A stretch of 64,000 bases of DNA, from contig JAUHZY010000001.1 of assembly GCA_030425825.1 (NCBI GenBank), positions 838,834 through 902,833 on the forward strand, given 5' to 3'. The notes below the pieces were generated by a model. It made no database searches, was not told the DNA's origin, and saw nothing but the letters and a program-made list of their open reading frames with translations. The number at the start of each line of letters is the position of its first letter. Position 1 is the stretch's first letter. Below, in pieces: positions 41,990-51,075 of this stretch. The translations under genes were made by a program, and so were the position numbers. The DNA comes from Alphaproteobacteria bacterium. Its GTDB lineage: Bacteria > Pseudomonadota > Alphaproteobacteria > JAUHZY01.

Positions 41990-42728
41990 GATCTTCTTCC
42001 CTATAAACTCCACCAAGCTCTTCAACCAGCAATGATACTTTTTTAGAAGCGTCTTTTATTTTATCTTCTTCATACCCTCTAACGACAATACTTACAGAGA
42101 AATCACCTTTCTTGAAGGATGGATAACTGCCAATTTCCAGCATCTCATAATGGCTTTGTATTAATAGAAGCTGATCTGCTATTTGTCCTTCTGTAAGATT
42201 ACACCAAACAGTTTTTGAAAGCATTGGCGTGCCACCATCTAAGCGTTCTTTAATGCCATCAAACATTGCTTGGCAAATCTTAGGGACACCCGCGAGGACA
42301 AAAACATTCTCAATTTGGAAGCCAGGTGCACCACTTAAAGGGTTTTCAATTAAATGAACATTTTCGGGCATATCTGCCATAGATAAACGCGCTTCATTCA
42401 AATCTGCTGGCTTATAATACTTCTCAAGCTCTAAAACCGCATCTTCATTGCGTTGAAAGATCCTCCCAAAAGCTTTTGCGACTGATTTTGACGTAATATC
42501 ATCATGCGTAGGGCCAATTCCACCTGTTGTAAAAACATAATCATATTTCACACGCAAAGCATTTACTGCAGAAGCAATCTCATCTTCTATATCCAAAGAA
42601 ACCCTTGCCTCACAAACGCGCACGCCCTGCTCATTAAGCTTCTCACCAAGATAGCTAAGGTTCGCATCTTTCGTGCGTCCAGAAAGAATTTCATTGCCAA
42701 TCAGTAAAATTGCCGCTGTTTTTTTCAT
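41979..42728 (-). CDS. CinA-like MoCF-binding domain protein
   Basis: MKKTAAILLIGNEILSGRTKDANLSYL MoaB/CinA N-domain. Confidence 0.75.
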   Translation of the reverse strand: MKKTAAILLIGNEILSGRTKDANLSYLGEKLNEQGVRVCEARVSLDIEDEIASAVNALRVKYDYVFTTGGIGPTHDDITSKSVAKAFGRIFQRNEDAVLELEKYYKPADLNEARLSMADMPENVHLIENPLSGAPGFQIENVFVLAGVPKICQAMFDGIKERLDGGTPMLSKTVWCNLTEGQIADQLLLIQSHYEMLEIGSYPSFKKGDFSVSIVVRGYEEDKIKDASKKVSLLVEELGGVYREEDHEC

Positions 42729-42802
42729 ACACATCTCATTATAATTTATTTGTCTTGTATAACCGATGGCTAATATCCTATGATATGGGCTCAATTTCAA
42801 GT

Positions 42803-42887
42803 GCCTTCTTGGCGGAATTGGTAGACGCAACGGACTTAAAATCCGTCGGGAGTATATCCCATCCCGGTTCGAGTCCGGGAGAAGGCA
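42803..42887 (+). tRNA. tRNA-Leu (anticodon TAA)
   Basis: Cloverleaf: acceptor GCCTTCT/AGAAGGC, anticodon loop CTTAAAA, long variable arm, T-arm GGTTCGAGTCC, 3' CCA encoded. Confidence 0.85.
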
Positions 42888-42979
42888 CCATCACTTGATA
42901 CAAAAAATCAATTTCACAGTTGTCGTGCGCCTTAAAAAAAACTAAGTTTAAGAAAGACAAGAAAAGGCACGCACATTAA

Positions 42980-43921
42980 ATGATCAGAGTTCCATTTACT
43001 TTCCAGCCGAAGAAAAAACCTGACTATATTATAGGTATTTACCTTATTCTTATTTCTTCTTTCACTTATGGTTTCAAAAGTACTATTTCAAAAATAGTAT
43101 TTGATGAAGGTGGAGACCCATTCTCTCTTCTTTTTTTAAGCTCTAGCCTGTACTGTCTTCTTTCTTACGCTTGGTTCAAGAAAAAAAATATTCCCTATGA
43201 ACTTTCAAAAAAAATGCGGAAACCAGTCATTATATTGGGGCTTTTATTTACAGCATTTTGTACCTTTTACGCTGCGTCGATTATCTATATTCCCGTCAGC
43301 ATCTCTACACTGATCTTCTTTTCATTTCCTTTCCTAGTTGGTGCACATGCGCACCTGATTATGAAAGACCCTATCCCTGGGAAAAGAGGGATTGCATTCC
43401 TGCTTGCCTTCATAGGACTCTCCCTTATTTTTCTCTCAACAGTTGGAAGCTATCACATTGAAACCATGGGCATTATTCTTTCCGCAACAGGTGCATTTTT
43501 GAAAGCTGCATGTATTATTTACGCACGCCGCCATCAAGACAACAAAACGTCTAGCCTTGTCATTGTTTTCTACATGTGCCTCAGCATGGCTGTGATTACA
43601 GGACTTATCACTTTTATTCGTGGCTTTAATTTACCGCAAACAGCAGAAGGCTATGAAGCACTTTCTTATGCGATTGTTTTCTTTGCGATCGGCATCCCCA
43701 CCTTTTATCTTTCAATACGTTTTATGGGGCCTGTTCGCGTTGCATTCTTTAACTTTCTAGAACCACTTGTAAGTATTTTATCTGCTTATTTCTTACTAGC
43801 CGAAAAGCTGAGTCCTTCACAAGCACTTGGGGCCATACTCATGTTAATTGGCCTAACGCTTATGCCTGTGAGGCGTGGGGCTTACTATTTTAAAACATCA
43901 AAGAAAGTAGACAAAACTTAG
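42980..43921 (+). CDS. EamA/DMT-family transporter
   Basis: 10-TM protein with duplicated EamA-like halves. Confidence 0.7.
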   Translation: MIRVPFTFQPKKKPDYIIGIYLILISSFTYGFKSTISKIVFDEGGDPFSLLFLSSSLYCLLSYAWFKKKNIPYELSKKMRKPVIILGLLFTAFCTFYAASIIYIPVSISTLIFFSFPFLVGAHAHLIMKDPIPGKRGIAFLLAFIGLSLIFLSTVGSYHIETMGIILSATGAFLKAACIIYARRHQDNKTSSLVIVFYMCLSMAVITGLITFIRGFNLPQTAEGYEALSYAIVFFAIGIPTFYLSIRFMGPVRVAFFNFLEPLVSILSAYFLLAEKLSPSQALGAILMLIGLTLMPVRRGAYYFKTSKKVDKT

Positions 43922-44911
43922 CTCAGCAACACGAGATGTCAACTGATAGGAAAGCTCTGTTTGTGTCTGAAGTGATTTCATTTGTGTGACGACTGTCGCA
44001 AGGTCTTCGACAGTATCATTTTTTTCTAAAAACCTTTGGTATATCTGATTCTCTGTTGTGATCTGGTCTATTTTCCGATCAATGAAAACACGCTTGGACT
44101 CTAAACTTCTCAATTCTGCATGATATTGAGATTCGGATGCATTAAGAAGCTGCTCAGCCTGGTCCAGAGATGTTTGCAAAGGCACTGTTGGGTCATTACC
44201 TTCTGCCTTCCTGATGACATCGAGACCATATATTAGATTCTGCAAAAAAGGTTCATATGGTGTAACATCCATTTCAAACAACTGGTCTTGCCCTATATTT
44301 AAATCATATGGTTTATACGTTAAGTATTCGTCTTCTAAGTGTGTCGTATAATCATTAAAATGACTATATGGTGGAATATTCGCAGCGACATCTGGAGGAT
44401 ATAATGGGTCAGCAACAACTGTTGGCAAAGGGTTTAAAGTGTAATCAGTTGTCATATTGCCAATGATTTCAATCGTCATATTCTTTTCTCGCCCATCGCG
44501 ACCATTGAAAAGATAGAAATCTCCTGCGTCTTGAAAGTTCAAAGCATCCTCAATCATTCGCATATATTCTTCAGCGCGCTCCTGCATCTTCAGTGGCGCT
44601 GCCTCATTCAGTGTATCAATCCCCCTAATTGTTTCCTGCATATCATCTATCATATCCTCGAAGAGAGGAAATATATCACTGAACATTTTCAAGCGACGCT
44701 CAATTGTTTCTGCGTTCTGAAGATAACTTTCATTTTTATCAACAATGACCTGAACATTCTTATAGCTTGCCATTTTCGCAGGCGACAAATCTGTATACTC
44801 TTTGATTTTCTCTTGTGAGTTCACTTGGTGCTGAAGATCAGCCATGTTCGACCTATTCGTGTCAAACTCTGTTTGGAAGTGACGAAAAAATGTGGTACTT
44901 GAAATTCTCAT
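43898..44911 (-). CDS. Flagellar hook-associated protein 3 (FlgL-like), paralogue 3
   Basis: N-terminal MRISSTTFF...DL and C-terminal ...QTELSYQLTSRVAELSFVYFL flagellin/FlgL-family termini. No flagellin D0 RINSAKDDAAG motif. Confidence 0.6.
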   Translation of the reverse strand: MRISSTTFFRHFQTEFDTNRSNMADLQHQVNSQEKIKEYTDLSPAKMASYKNVQVIVDKNESYLQNAETIERRLKMFSDIFPLFEDMIDDMQETIRGIDTLNEAAPLKMQERAEEYMRMIEDALNFQDAGDFYLFNGRDGREKNMTIEIIGNMTTDYTLNPLPTVVADPLYPPDVAANIPPYSHFNDYTTHLEDEYLTYKPYDLNIGQDQLFEMDVTPYEPFLQNLIYGLDVIRKAEGNDPTVPLQTSLDQAEQLLNASESQYHAELRSLESKRVFIDRKIDQITTENQIYQRFLEKNDTVEDLATVVTQMKSLQTQTELSYQLTSRVAELSFVYFL

Positions 44912-44912
44912 A

Positions 44913-46673
44913 TTACAAGAACCTATAGAACGACAAGTTGTTCATTGAAGAAGTTGTTTGAAACGACAATTCGATTCTATTCCTCAGCGTCAGCAAGTCT
45001 GCGGCCAGAGCTTCGCTGTCAACGTCGTCCACACCACCAATAATAGATTCATAAATTTCAACTGTTTGATCATGTACCTGCTTTTGATTTTCTAGCATAT
45101 TATGCTGTGAATTAATTTTGTTTTTTGCCTGCTGCAACCCTGTCCTTGCCGCATCCAGGAGTTGCTCTGCAGTTTGCTTAAGCGTGTCAAAATTTGTGTA
45201 GCCAGTAGCGCCAGGTTCCGAAGTTTCAATCGCTTTACGCGCAACATCAAATCCCATAACCAAATTCTGAATAAAAGGTTCATATGCCGACATAGAAATA
45301 TCGACTGTCATCGTATCACTGGTATCAAAATCATAACCGCCATAAGTTTGCGTCTCGTCCTCAAGATGAACATCATGACTATAAAAGTGATTGTATGCAC
45401 CTAGTGTTGCCGCAGATAAAGTTGTCACGACAGATGGCAAAGGTGCGCCATCTGCATAACCATACTTCGATGTGTCCAGAGTCCCCTTCAATGTTCCATG
45501 TTGAACTGCAGCCTCAATATCAAGAAGGTTTGCAGAGGGTGGTGGGCCACTGTAAATCACAATTTCAGAAGTGTAATACTCCGCAAGATCCATCAAGCGA
45601 AAATTGCTTAAAGTTGACGCAGGCGTCCCCGTTAATGTTGAGTTGTTCGTGGCACCATCTACGCGAAAAGAGCTGTTTACGCCATCTTCAACCTGGCTGA
45701 CGACTTGCGCCCCAACATCAAAGTCCGTATTAACAATAGACCCTCCAGTAAAAGTTGCCGTATCTGTTGCGCCATTTAGTTGGAAGCTACCTGCAGCACT
45801 TCCTTCCCAAACCTGTGTGCCACTAACATAATCCACGACACCCGTTACAGCAGCGGAAGCATTTGCTCCTGTACTTGAGGACATACCATCCGTGCCATCA
45901 AAATAAAGCCCAGGCTTTCCTTCGCCAAAATGGTCCAAAACAATCGTGGGACGAAAGCCTGGTGCAATTGGCGTCAAATTATCTCCACCGATTTGATCAT
46001 ACCATATCGATACCTGCCCTGTTGTGCCGTGTAAAAAATCCTCTAAAGCATTTACATCTAAGCGACCTTTATCGTCAAACCCAACATCCAACGTCGCAAA
46101 GTCACTTGTGCGTATAACTTGTATAGCATCGCCTGCATACGTTTCAGACAAACGCCTTAAAGCATAACCATTTTCAGCGCCCGCAACATCATCTACAACA
46201 CGATACGAACCATCTGACGCTTCAAAGAAACGGATATCTGCATCTGCTTTTCGACCATCACGCCCATTAAATAAATAGAAATTATCCTGAATTTTCGAGT
46301 TTAATAGAGCCTCTACTTCACGAAGATAATCGTCAGCAAGGTTGGCCATAATTGTCGCGCTGTCATCATCTCTGTTTGTTGCATCAATAACAGATGTATA
46401 AACATCATCAAGTAATGTTTCAAACTGTTCAAAAACCTTTAAAAAACCTTCAAACCTACTTTGTGCAACTTCAATATTCAAAGCATAGTTTTCATGCTTT
46501 TCGATCATCAGCTGTGCATCACGAAACTGACGAATATTTTTACTTCCAACATCGGCAAGGTCTTTTGTTTTTTGACTTGTTTGAAGTTGTCGCGTCACAT
46601 CGTCAGATTGATCAAGCATTGTTTTATTAAGCTGATTCATCTGAAAAATATATGATTGATTTGTGACGCGCAT
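44913..46673 (-). CDS. FlgL-like hook-associated protein, paralogue 2 (586 aa)
   Basis: N-terminal MRVTNQSYIFQMNQ...KDLADVG, C-terminal ...ELSFQTTSSMNNLSFYRFL. Confidence 0.6.
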   Translation of the reverse strand: MRVTNQSYIFQMNQLNKTMLDQSDDVTRQLQTSQKTKDLADVGSKNIRQFRDAQLMIEKHENYALNIEVAQSRFEGFLKVFEQFETLLDDVYTSVIDATNRDDDSATIMANLADDYLREVEALLNSKIQDNFYLFNGRDGRKADADIRFFEASDGSYRVVDDVAGAENGYALRRLSETYAGDAIQVIRTSDFATLDVGFDDKGRLDVNALEDFLHGTTGQVSIWYDQIGGDNLTPIAPGFRPTIVLDHFGEGKPGLYFDGTDGMSSSTGANASAAVTGVVDYVSGTQVWEGSAAGSFQLNGATDTATFTGGSIVNTDFDVGAQVVSQVEDGVNSSFRVDGATNNSTLTGTPASTLSNFRLMDLAEYYTSEIVIYSGPPPSANLLDIEAAVQHGTLKGTLDTSKYGYADGAPLPSVVTTLSAATLGAYNHFYSHDVHLEDETQTYGGYDFDTSDTMTVDISMSAYEPFIQNLVMGFDVARKAIETSEPGATGYTNFDTLKQTAEQLLDAARTGLQQAKNKINSQHNMLENQKQVHDQTVEIYESIIGGVDDVDSEALAADLLTLRNRIELSFQTTSSMNNLSFYRFL

Positions 46674-46684
46674 GTTTTACTCCC

Positions 46685-47728
46685 TTAAAAAGAAAGAAAC
46701 TCAAGCAAGCTTAAGTTTTTCAGCGTAGCTGTTGTGCTAAAAGAAGCTTCAAGCTGTGTTTGCAAAGAAGCAAGCTTTGTCGCAGCTTCTGTTGTTTCAA
46801 CACCGTCTAAATCAACTAAAACATCTTCAAAAAAGTTAATCTCAGATTGATGGCGTTCTTTAACATTATGAAGACGTAACAGAGAAACTTCAGCCTCACG
46901 AATAGCGTGCGGCAAGCCAGCTTCACTTGTCGCGGTTGCGGTACTTAACTCAGCTTCTTCTAAATACTGTAATGCCGTTGAAACACTTGTTTCGAAAGCA
47001 ACTGTTGGCATTGAATCCAAAGCCTTGCGAGCAATATCAAGGGCATAAACCACCTTTTGAATCTCTTCTTCATAAGGTGTTGCGCTATACGCGATTGACT
47101 CAACATCGCTTACTTGAACTGAATCACGTTGCAAGTCCGAATCTGCAGGGCCAGGCAATGTTGGCGCAGGTGTTTTGTTAGTAATATAATAGGGAATGTC
47201 GCCTGGAACATCGCCACCTGCAAGTGGTATTGGCACATTAATAGGAAACGGATCACCTCCATTATAATCATATGGAGCTGCATCAAACATATCAAAACTA
47301 ATAGGCTCAAAGCGCGTATAACCACCCAACACACGCCCACCATCTGGTGCTTGTGTATTTAATAAGTCCTCTAAAAGATCAAAACTTTTTTCTGCAAACT
47401 CAACCATTTGAGAGGCTGTTGGCTCTGTTGACGTTGTTGTGTTTTTCAACATCCCCTGCACATCATTTACGACAGTCTGAATTGTCTCAAAAATTGTAAT
47501 CGTTTGTGTCAGGCGTGTTTCAGCTTTTTCAATATTTTCGATATAACGATTAGCATTTTTTGTTGCAGATTCAAAATTAATATATTTTTTAACCTCAAAA
47601 CCAACGCCTGCTAGGTCTCTTGCTCTCTCGCCTGTAGAGATTTGAAGCTGCAAGTTAAGCATTTCTGATTTGGTCGCTGTAAAACGATTATTCAAATCAT
47701 AAAAATATCCTGGATTGCTAATTCTCAT
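46685..47728 (-). CDS. flgL: Flagellar hook-associated protein 3 FlgL
   Basis: MRISNPGYF...QISTGERARDLAGVG, C-terminal ...LEASFSTTATLKNLSLLEFLSF. Confidence 0.65.
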   Translation of the reverse strand: MRISNPGYFYDLNNRFTATKSEMLNLQLQISTGERARDLAGVGFEVKKYINFESATKNANRYIENIEKAETRLTQTITIFETIQTVVNDVQGMLKNTTTSTEPTASQMVEFAEKSFDLLEDLLNTQAPDGGRVLGGYTRFEPISFDMFDAAPYDYNGGDPFPINVPIPLAGGDVPGDIPYYITNKTPAPTLPGPADSDLQRDSVQVSDVESIAYSATPYEEEIQKVVYALDIARKALDSMPTVAFETSVSTALQYLEEAELSTATATSEAGLPHAIREAEVSLLRLHNVKERHQSEINFFEDVLVDLDGVETTEAATKLASLQTQLEASFSTTATLKNLSLLEFLSF

Positions 47729-47747
47729 TTTCTATAAATCACCCAAA

Positions 47748-49190
47748 CTATCGACCTACAATGGCTATTAATTGATCCATCAAATCAGAAGCTGTTTGTA
47801 AAACACGAGCAGATGCTGCATATGCTTGCTGCAACTGGATAAGGAAAGCCATTTCTTCATCCAAGTTAACAGCCGAAACATCTAAATAAGCATTTTGCAA
47901 AGACTCATAAGATACTGTGCTGTATTCTGCCTCTTCTCTTGCGTCATAAGTTTGTAAAGCAATATTCTTTGCCAAGTCTTCTATATCTTCAAGCGACCCA
48001 CCTGATGCTTTTATCGCCTGCGCGACTGTCAAAGCTGAGGTTGGCTCAAGATAGGTATTGGCATCTAATTGGTCTGTCGCAACGTAAGCAACACCAGAGC
48101 TAGGATTCGTGAACGGAGGGTTCGTTAATGTATCTAAGTTTCCTGTAACACGTGCAAAGGTAGCCAGTTCGGCTTCCTGGTCTATTGGCAAAGTATAATC
48201 CATTCGAAACAAGGGTGCTGTTGTGTATGTTACGGGTGGGCCAGCTGCCGTTTCAACAACATGGAGTGCAGTTCCTGTATCAGATATCAGTTGGTCTACA
48301 GCCGAATAGAGTTCATTTTGGCGGGCACTTAAAATGCCTGCTGTAGGATCAATCAAACCATAAAGCGAAGATAACTCACCGCTGTTCAAGGTTGACTGAA
48401 TTGGTGACGAAGGTGCCCCCGAGGCATAAAGATTGTAAGGCGCAGCAGGATCGACACTTAACGTTCTTGCAGACACGTCAACAAGAGATATCCCTCCCCC
48501 TGTTAGAACATGAAGCCTATTGTTTGAGCCATTTAATGTTTTTACATCCATTTTTTCAGAAAGCGTCTTCAACAACATATCGCGTTGATCCATAAGCCCC
48601 GTGGGATCGTCTCCTGAAATTGTTAGATTTTCAATTTGATCATTCAACGTTGATATACGCTCTAAAAGGTCATTGACTTCTGTCACGACCGTATTAATCT
48701 CTTCAACGACTTCTATTTCTGTGTCAATAAAGAAGTTATTCAGAGTCAAGACGCGCTCAACAACATCGTCTGCTGCTGCAATCACAAGCTGCTGTTCTGG
48801 CGAACTTGTGTCAGCTAATGGCGAAGCAGCAAAGTCCTCAAATGCAGACAAGAGATCTTCCATCGCACCAAGCACAAAGCCAACACCATCTTTTGATGAC
48901 CCAAAAGCATCATGCATCATATCAATGTATTCAGACGTTTTTGATGCTGCTGCACGCCTAGAATTGCCGTTTAAAACATCTCTATAAAGTGACTCATCCG
49001 TCAATCGTTCAACAGATCGAAGCTGCACACCTGAAGGCTGACCATCAAGGTTTATAGATTCAAGACGTGCGGTTTTCTTTGTGTACCCCTCGGTATTCAC
49101 ATTTGAAATATTTTGAGAGGTATAACGCAACTGTTCCTGAGTGCCTCTTAGCCCAGATGTTGCATTAAATATTGATGACAACAACGTCAT
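47748..49190 (-). CDS. flgK: Flagellar hook-associated protein 1 FlgK
   Basis: N-terminal MTLLSSIFNATSGLRG...QNISNVNTEGYTKK, C-terminal ASARVLQTASDLMDQLIAIVGR. Confidence 0.8.
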   Translation of the reverse strand: MTLLSSIFNATSGLRGTQEQLRYTSQNISNVNTEGYTKKTARLESINLDGQPSGVQLRSVERLTDESLYRDVLNGNSRRAAASKTSEYIDMMHDAFGSSKDGVGFVLGAMEDLLSAFEDFAASPLADTSSPEQQLVIAAADDVVERVLTLNNFFIDTEIEVVEEINTVVTEVNDLLERISTLNDQIENLTISGDDPTGLMDQRDMLLKTLSEKMDVKTLNGSNNRLHVLTGGGISLVDVSARTLSVDPAAPYNLYASGAPSSPIQSTLNSGELSSLYGLIDPTAGILSARQNELYSAVDQLISDTGTALHVVETAAGPPVTYTTAPLFRMDYTLPIDQEAELATFARVTGNLDTLTNPPFTNPSSGVAYVATDQLDANTYLEPTSALTVAQAIKASGGSLEDIEDLAKNIALQTYDAREEAEYSTVSYESLQNAYLDVSAVNLDEEMAFLIQLQQAYAASARVLQTASDLMDQLIAIVGR

Positions 49191-49234
49191 ACTTATGTCC
49201 TCCAAAAATTATTTTCTAGGGGTCTCTCCTAAAA

Positions 49235-50728
49235 TTACTGACCTAATCTTGTTGCTTCTGTTAACAACTCATCCGCAATAGTAACAACCCTTGCATTCGC
49301 TGAATAAGCTCGCTGAACAATAATCATTTTGGTAAATTCATCAGCCAAATCAACATTTGATTTCTCTAGGTTGTTTGAGGTAAACGTCCCCATACCATTG
49401 GTCCCAGCATCTGTGTAGAATGCATCTCCAGAAAGCGATGTTACTGTGTAAGCATTACCATCCGTCAACTGCAAGCCATCAAAGTTGGCAAAGCTTGCTA
49501 CTGGAATTTTATAGAATGGTTTTGTCGTTCCATTATCAAACGCCAACTGAACAAAACCGTCTGAATCAATCGAAAGATTTTCAACTGCACCCGCAGGCAC
49601 ACCGTCTTGTTGGAAGTTACGAATAGATAAATCTGGCTCATTCCATTGTGTGGTACTTCCAGAAGAAGCGCCAATTGTACCCAGGTCAATTGTAATTGTT
49701 TGCGGATTGGTAGGAAGCGTCCCTGTAACAGGATAATCAACGACAACATCAAAACCTGCCGAGTTTAACTGGTTCCACGTTCCACCTGCACCCGCACCAT
49801 AAAGGTTTGCACCTGTATGTGACCACGTATCAATAATTGTTCCATCATCATCAAATTCAACACCCAGCTCAATTTCTGACCTTGTTGCACCTACGGCTTC
49901 GCCAGAATGTCGTAATGTAACAGCACCGCCCGGATCAGGAATCATCGTCAGCAACCACTTATTTGGGTTCACAGCAGGAGCCTGAACACCATCATCAAAA
50001 GCAAGACCATACCCTGCCGTATTAGGAACCTTTGTCCAATACATTGACATTGTATGTTCCCCTCCCAAAGTATCATAAAATAAAATCTGAGAAGGGCCAA
50101 AAATACTGTCGTAACTTCCTGCTGTAGAAGAAACATTAGAAGGGCTTGTAAAACCATTCGTACCATCAATATCTGCTTCCGCAGCAGCAGCGGCAGAAGA
50201 AGGCACATTTGAAACATAGTCAATTGTTGTTGTTGCAACGGGCGCATCAACAATATCAGTCACACGCATTGGAGTCAGTTGAGATGTATTTAAAACCTGC
50301 CCTGTTGCTGTGTCTAATTGCCAACCCTGCAAGAAATATCCTGCACCATTCTTAAGATACCCATCTTCATCAACGCCATAGTCACCTGCACGTGTATAAT
50401 AAAGATTACGTCCAAAACTTACCAAAGGAGATGTATTCACCTCATCTGATACAACAAACATACCTGACCCTGTGATTGACATGTGTGTTGCGACATCAGA
50501 CTGCTCTTGCAAACCTTGAGAATTAATACGGTAAGAAGGCACTGTTGTTGCACCACCTGCACTATGAAGCCTAGGCGTTGAGTTTGTAACAAGCGTTGAA
50601 AATCTTGTCTCAATTCTTTTATAACCAATTGTTGTAACGTTTGATATGTTTTCGGAAATGTGATTCAAGGCATTACCAAACCCCTTCAACCCCGAAACCC
50701 CGGTGTTCATTGCGCCGAAAACACTCAT
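49235..50728 (-). CDS. flgE: Flagellar hook protein FlgE (paralogue 2)
   Basis: Same termini as paralogue 1: about 85% aa identity over the first 90 aa and about 75% nt identity at the 5' end. 497 aa. Confidence 0.85.
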   Translation of the reverse strand: MSVFGAMNTGVSGLKGFGNALNHISENISNVTTIGYKRIETRFSTLVTNSTPRLHSAGGATTVPSYRINSQGLQEQSDVATHMSITGSGMFVVSDEVNTSPLVSFGRNLYYTRAGDYGVDEDGYLKNGAGYFLQGWQLDTATGQVLNTSQLTPMRVTDIVDAPVATTTIDYVSNVPSSAAAAAEADIDGTNGFTSPSNVSSTAGSYDSIFGPSQILFYDTLGGEHTMSMYWTKVPNTAGYGLAFDDGVQAPAVNPNKWLLTMIPDPGGAVTLRHSGEAVGATRSEIELGVEFDDDGTIIDTWSHTGANLYGAGAGGTWNQLNSAGFDVVVDYPVTGTLPTNPQTITIDLGTIGASSGSTTQWNEPDLSIRNFQQDGVPAGAVENLSIDSDGFVQLAFDNGTTKPFYKIPVASFANFDGLQLTDGNAYTVTSLSGDAFYTDAGTNGMGTFTSNNLEKSNVDLADEFTKMIIVQRAYSANARVVTIADELLTEATRLGQ

Positions 50729-50789
50729 TTAGATACCTCCTGAAAGACTAAAACTTAAATATTCTGTCAAAAAATGACGCTGGGTATCT

Positions 50790-50805
50790 TGCAATGACCG
50801 TGCCA
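50790..50805 (-). promoter_or_regulatory. Sigma54 promoter TGGCACggtcaTTGCA (minus strand) upstream of flgE2-flgK-flgL operon
   Basis: Perfect consensus, about 60 nt upstream of the flgE2 ATG. GGAGG RBS follows. Confidence 0.65.
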
Positions 50806-51075
50806 AAAAAAATAAAGAGCGCCATGTTTTCTAAAAAAATCAATCAAAATCAATAATATAAACTTTAAACCAAAACCCAAAACCTCAGTTTAAAGGCCAC
50901 GAAAATAATACTTCGTTTAGCAAGCATCTCCTTAAGCACGGCAAAAACATCAAACACCCTCCTGGCTAGGCAAATTTGGCGGCATATATTACCTATTTTT
51001 TAGGTATTGCAACTATGATATACCACATTTAGTTGCTCGTTTTTTGCAAGAAACAAAATTTGGTATTAACGAACT

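Noticed and set aside
44531-47362. Short plus-strand ORFs antisense to flgL paralogues
   Set aside because: Embedded in longer conserved-terminus genes. No RBS.
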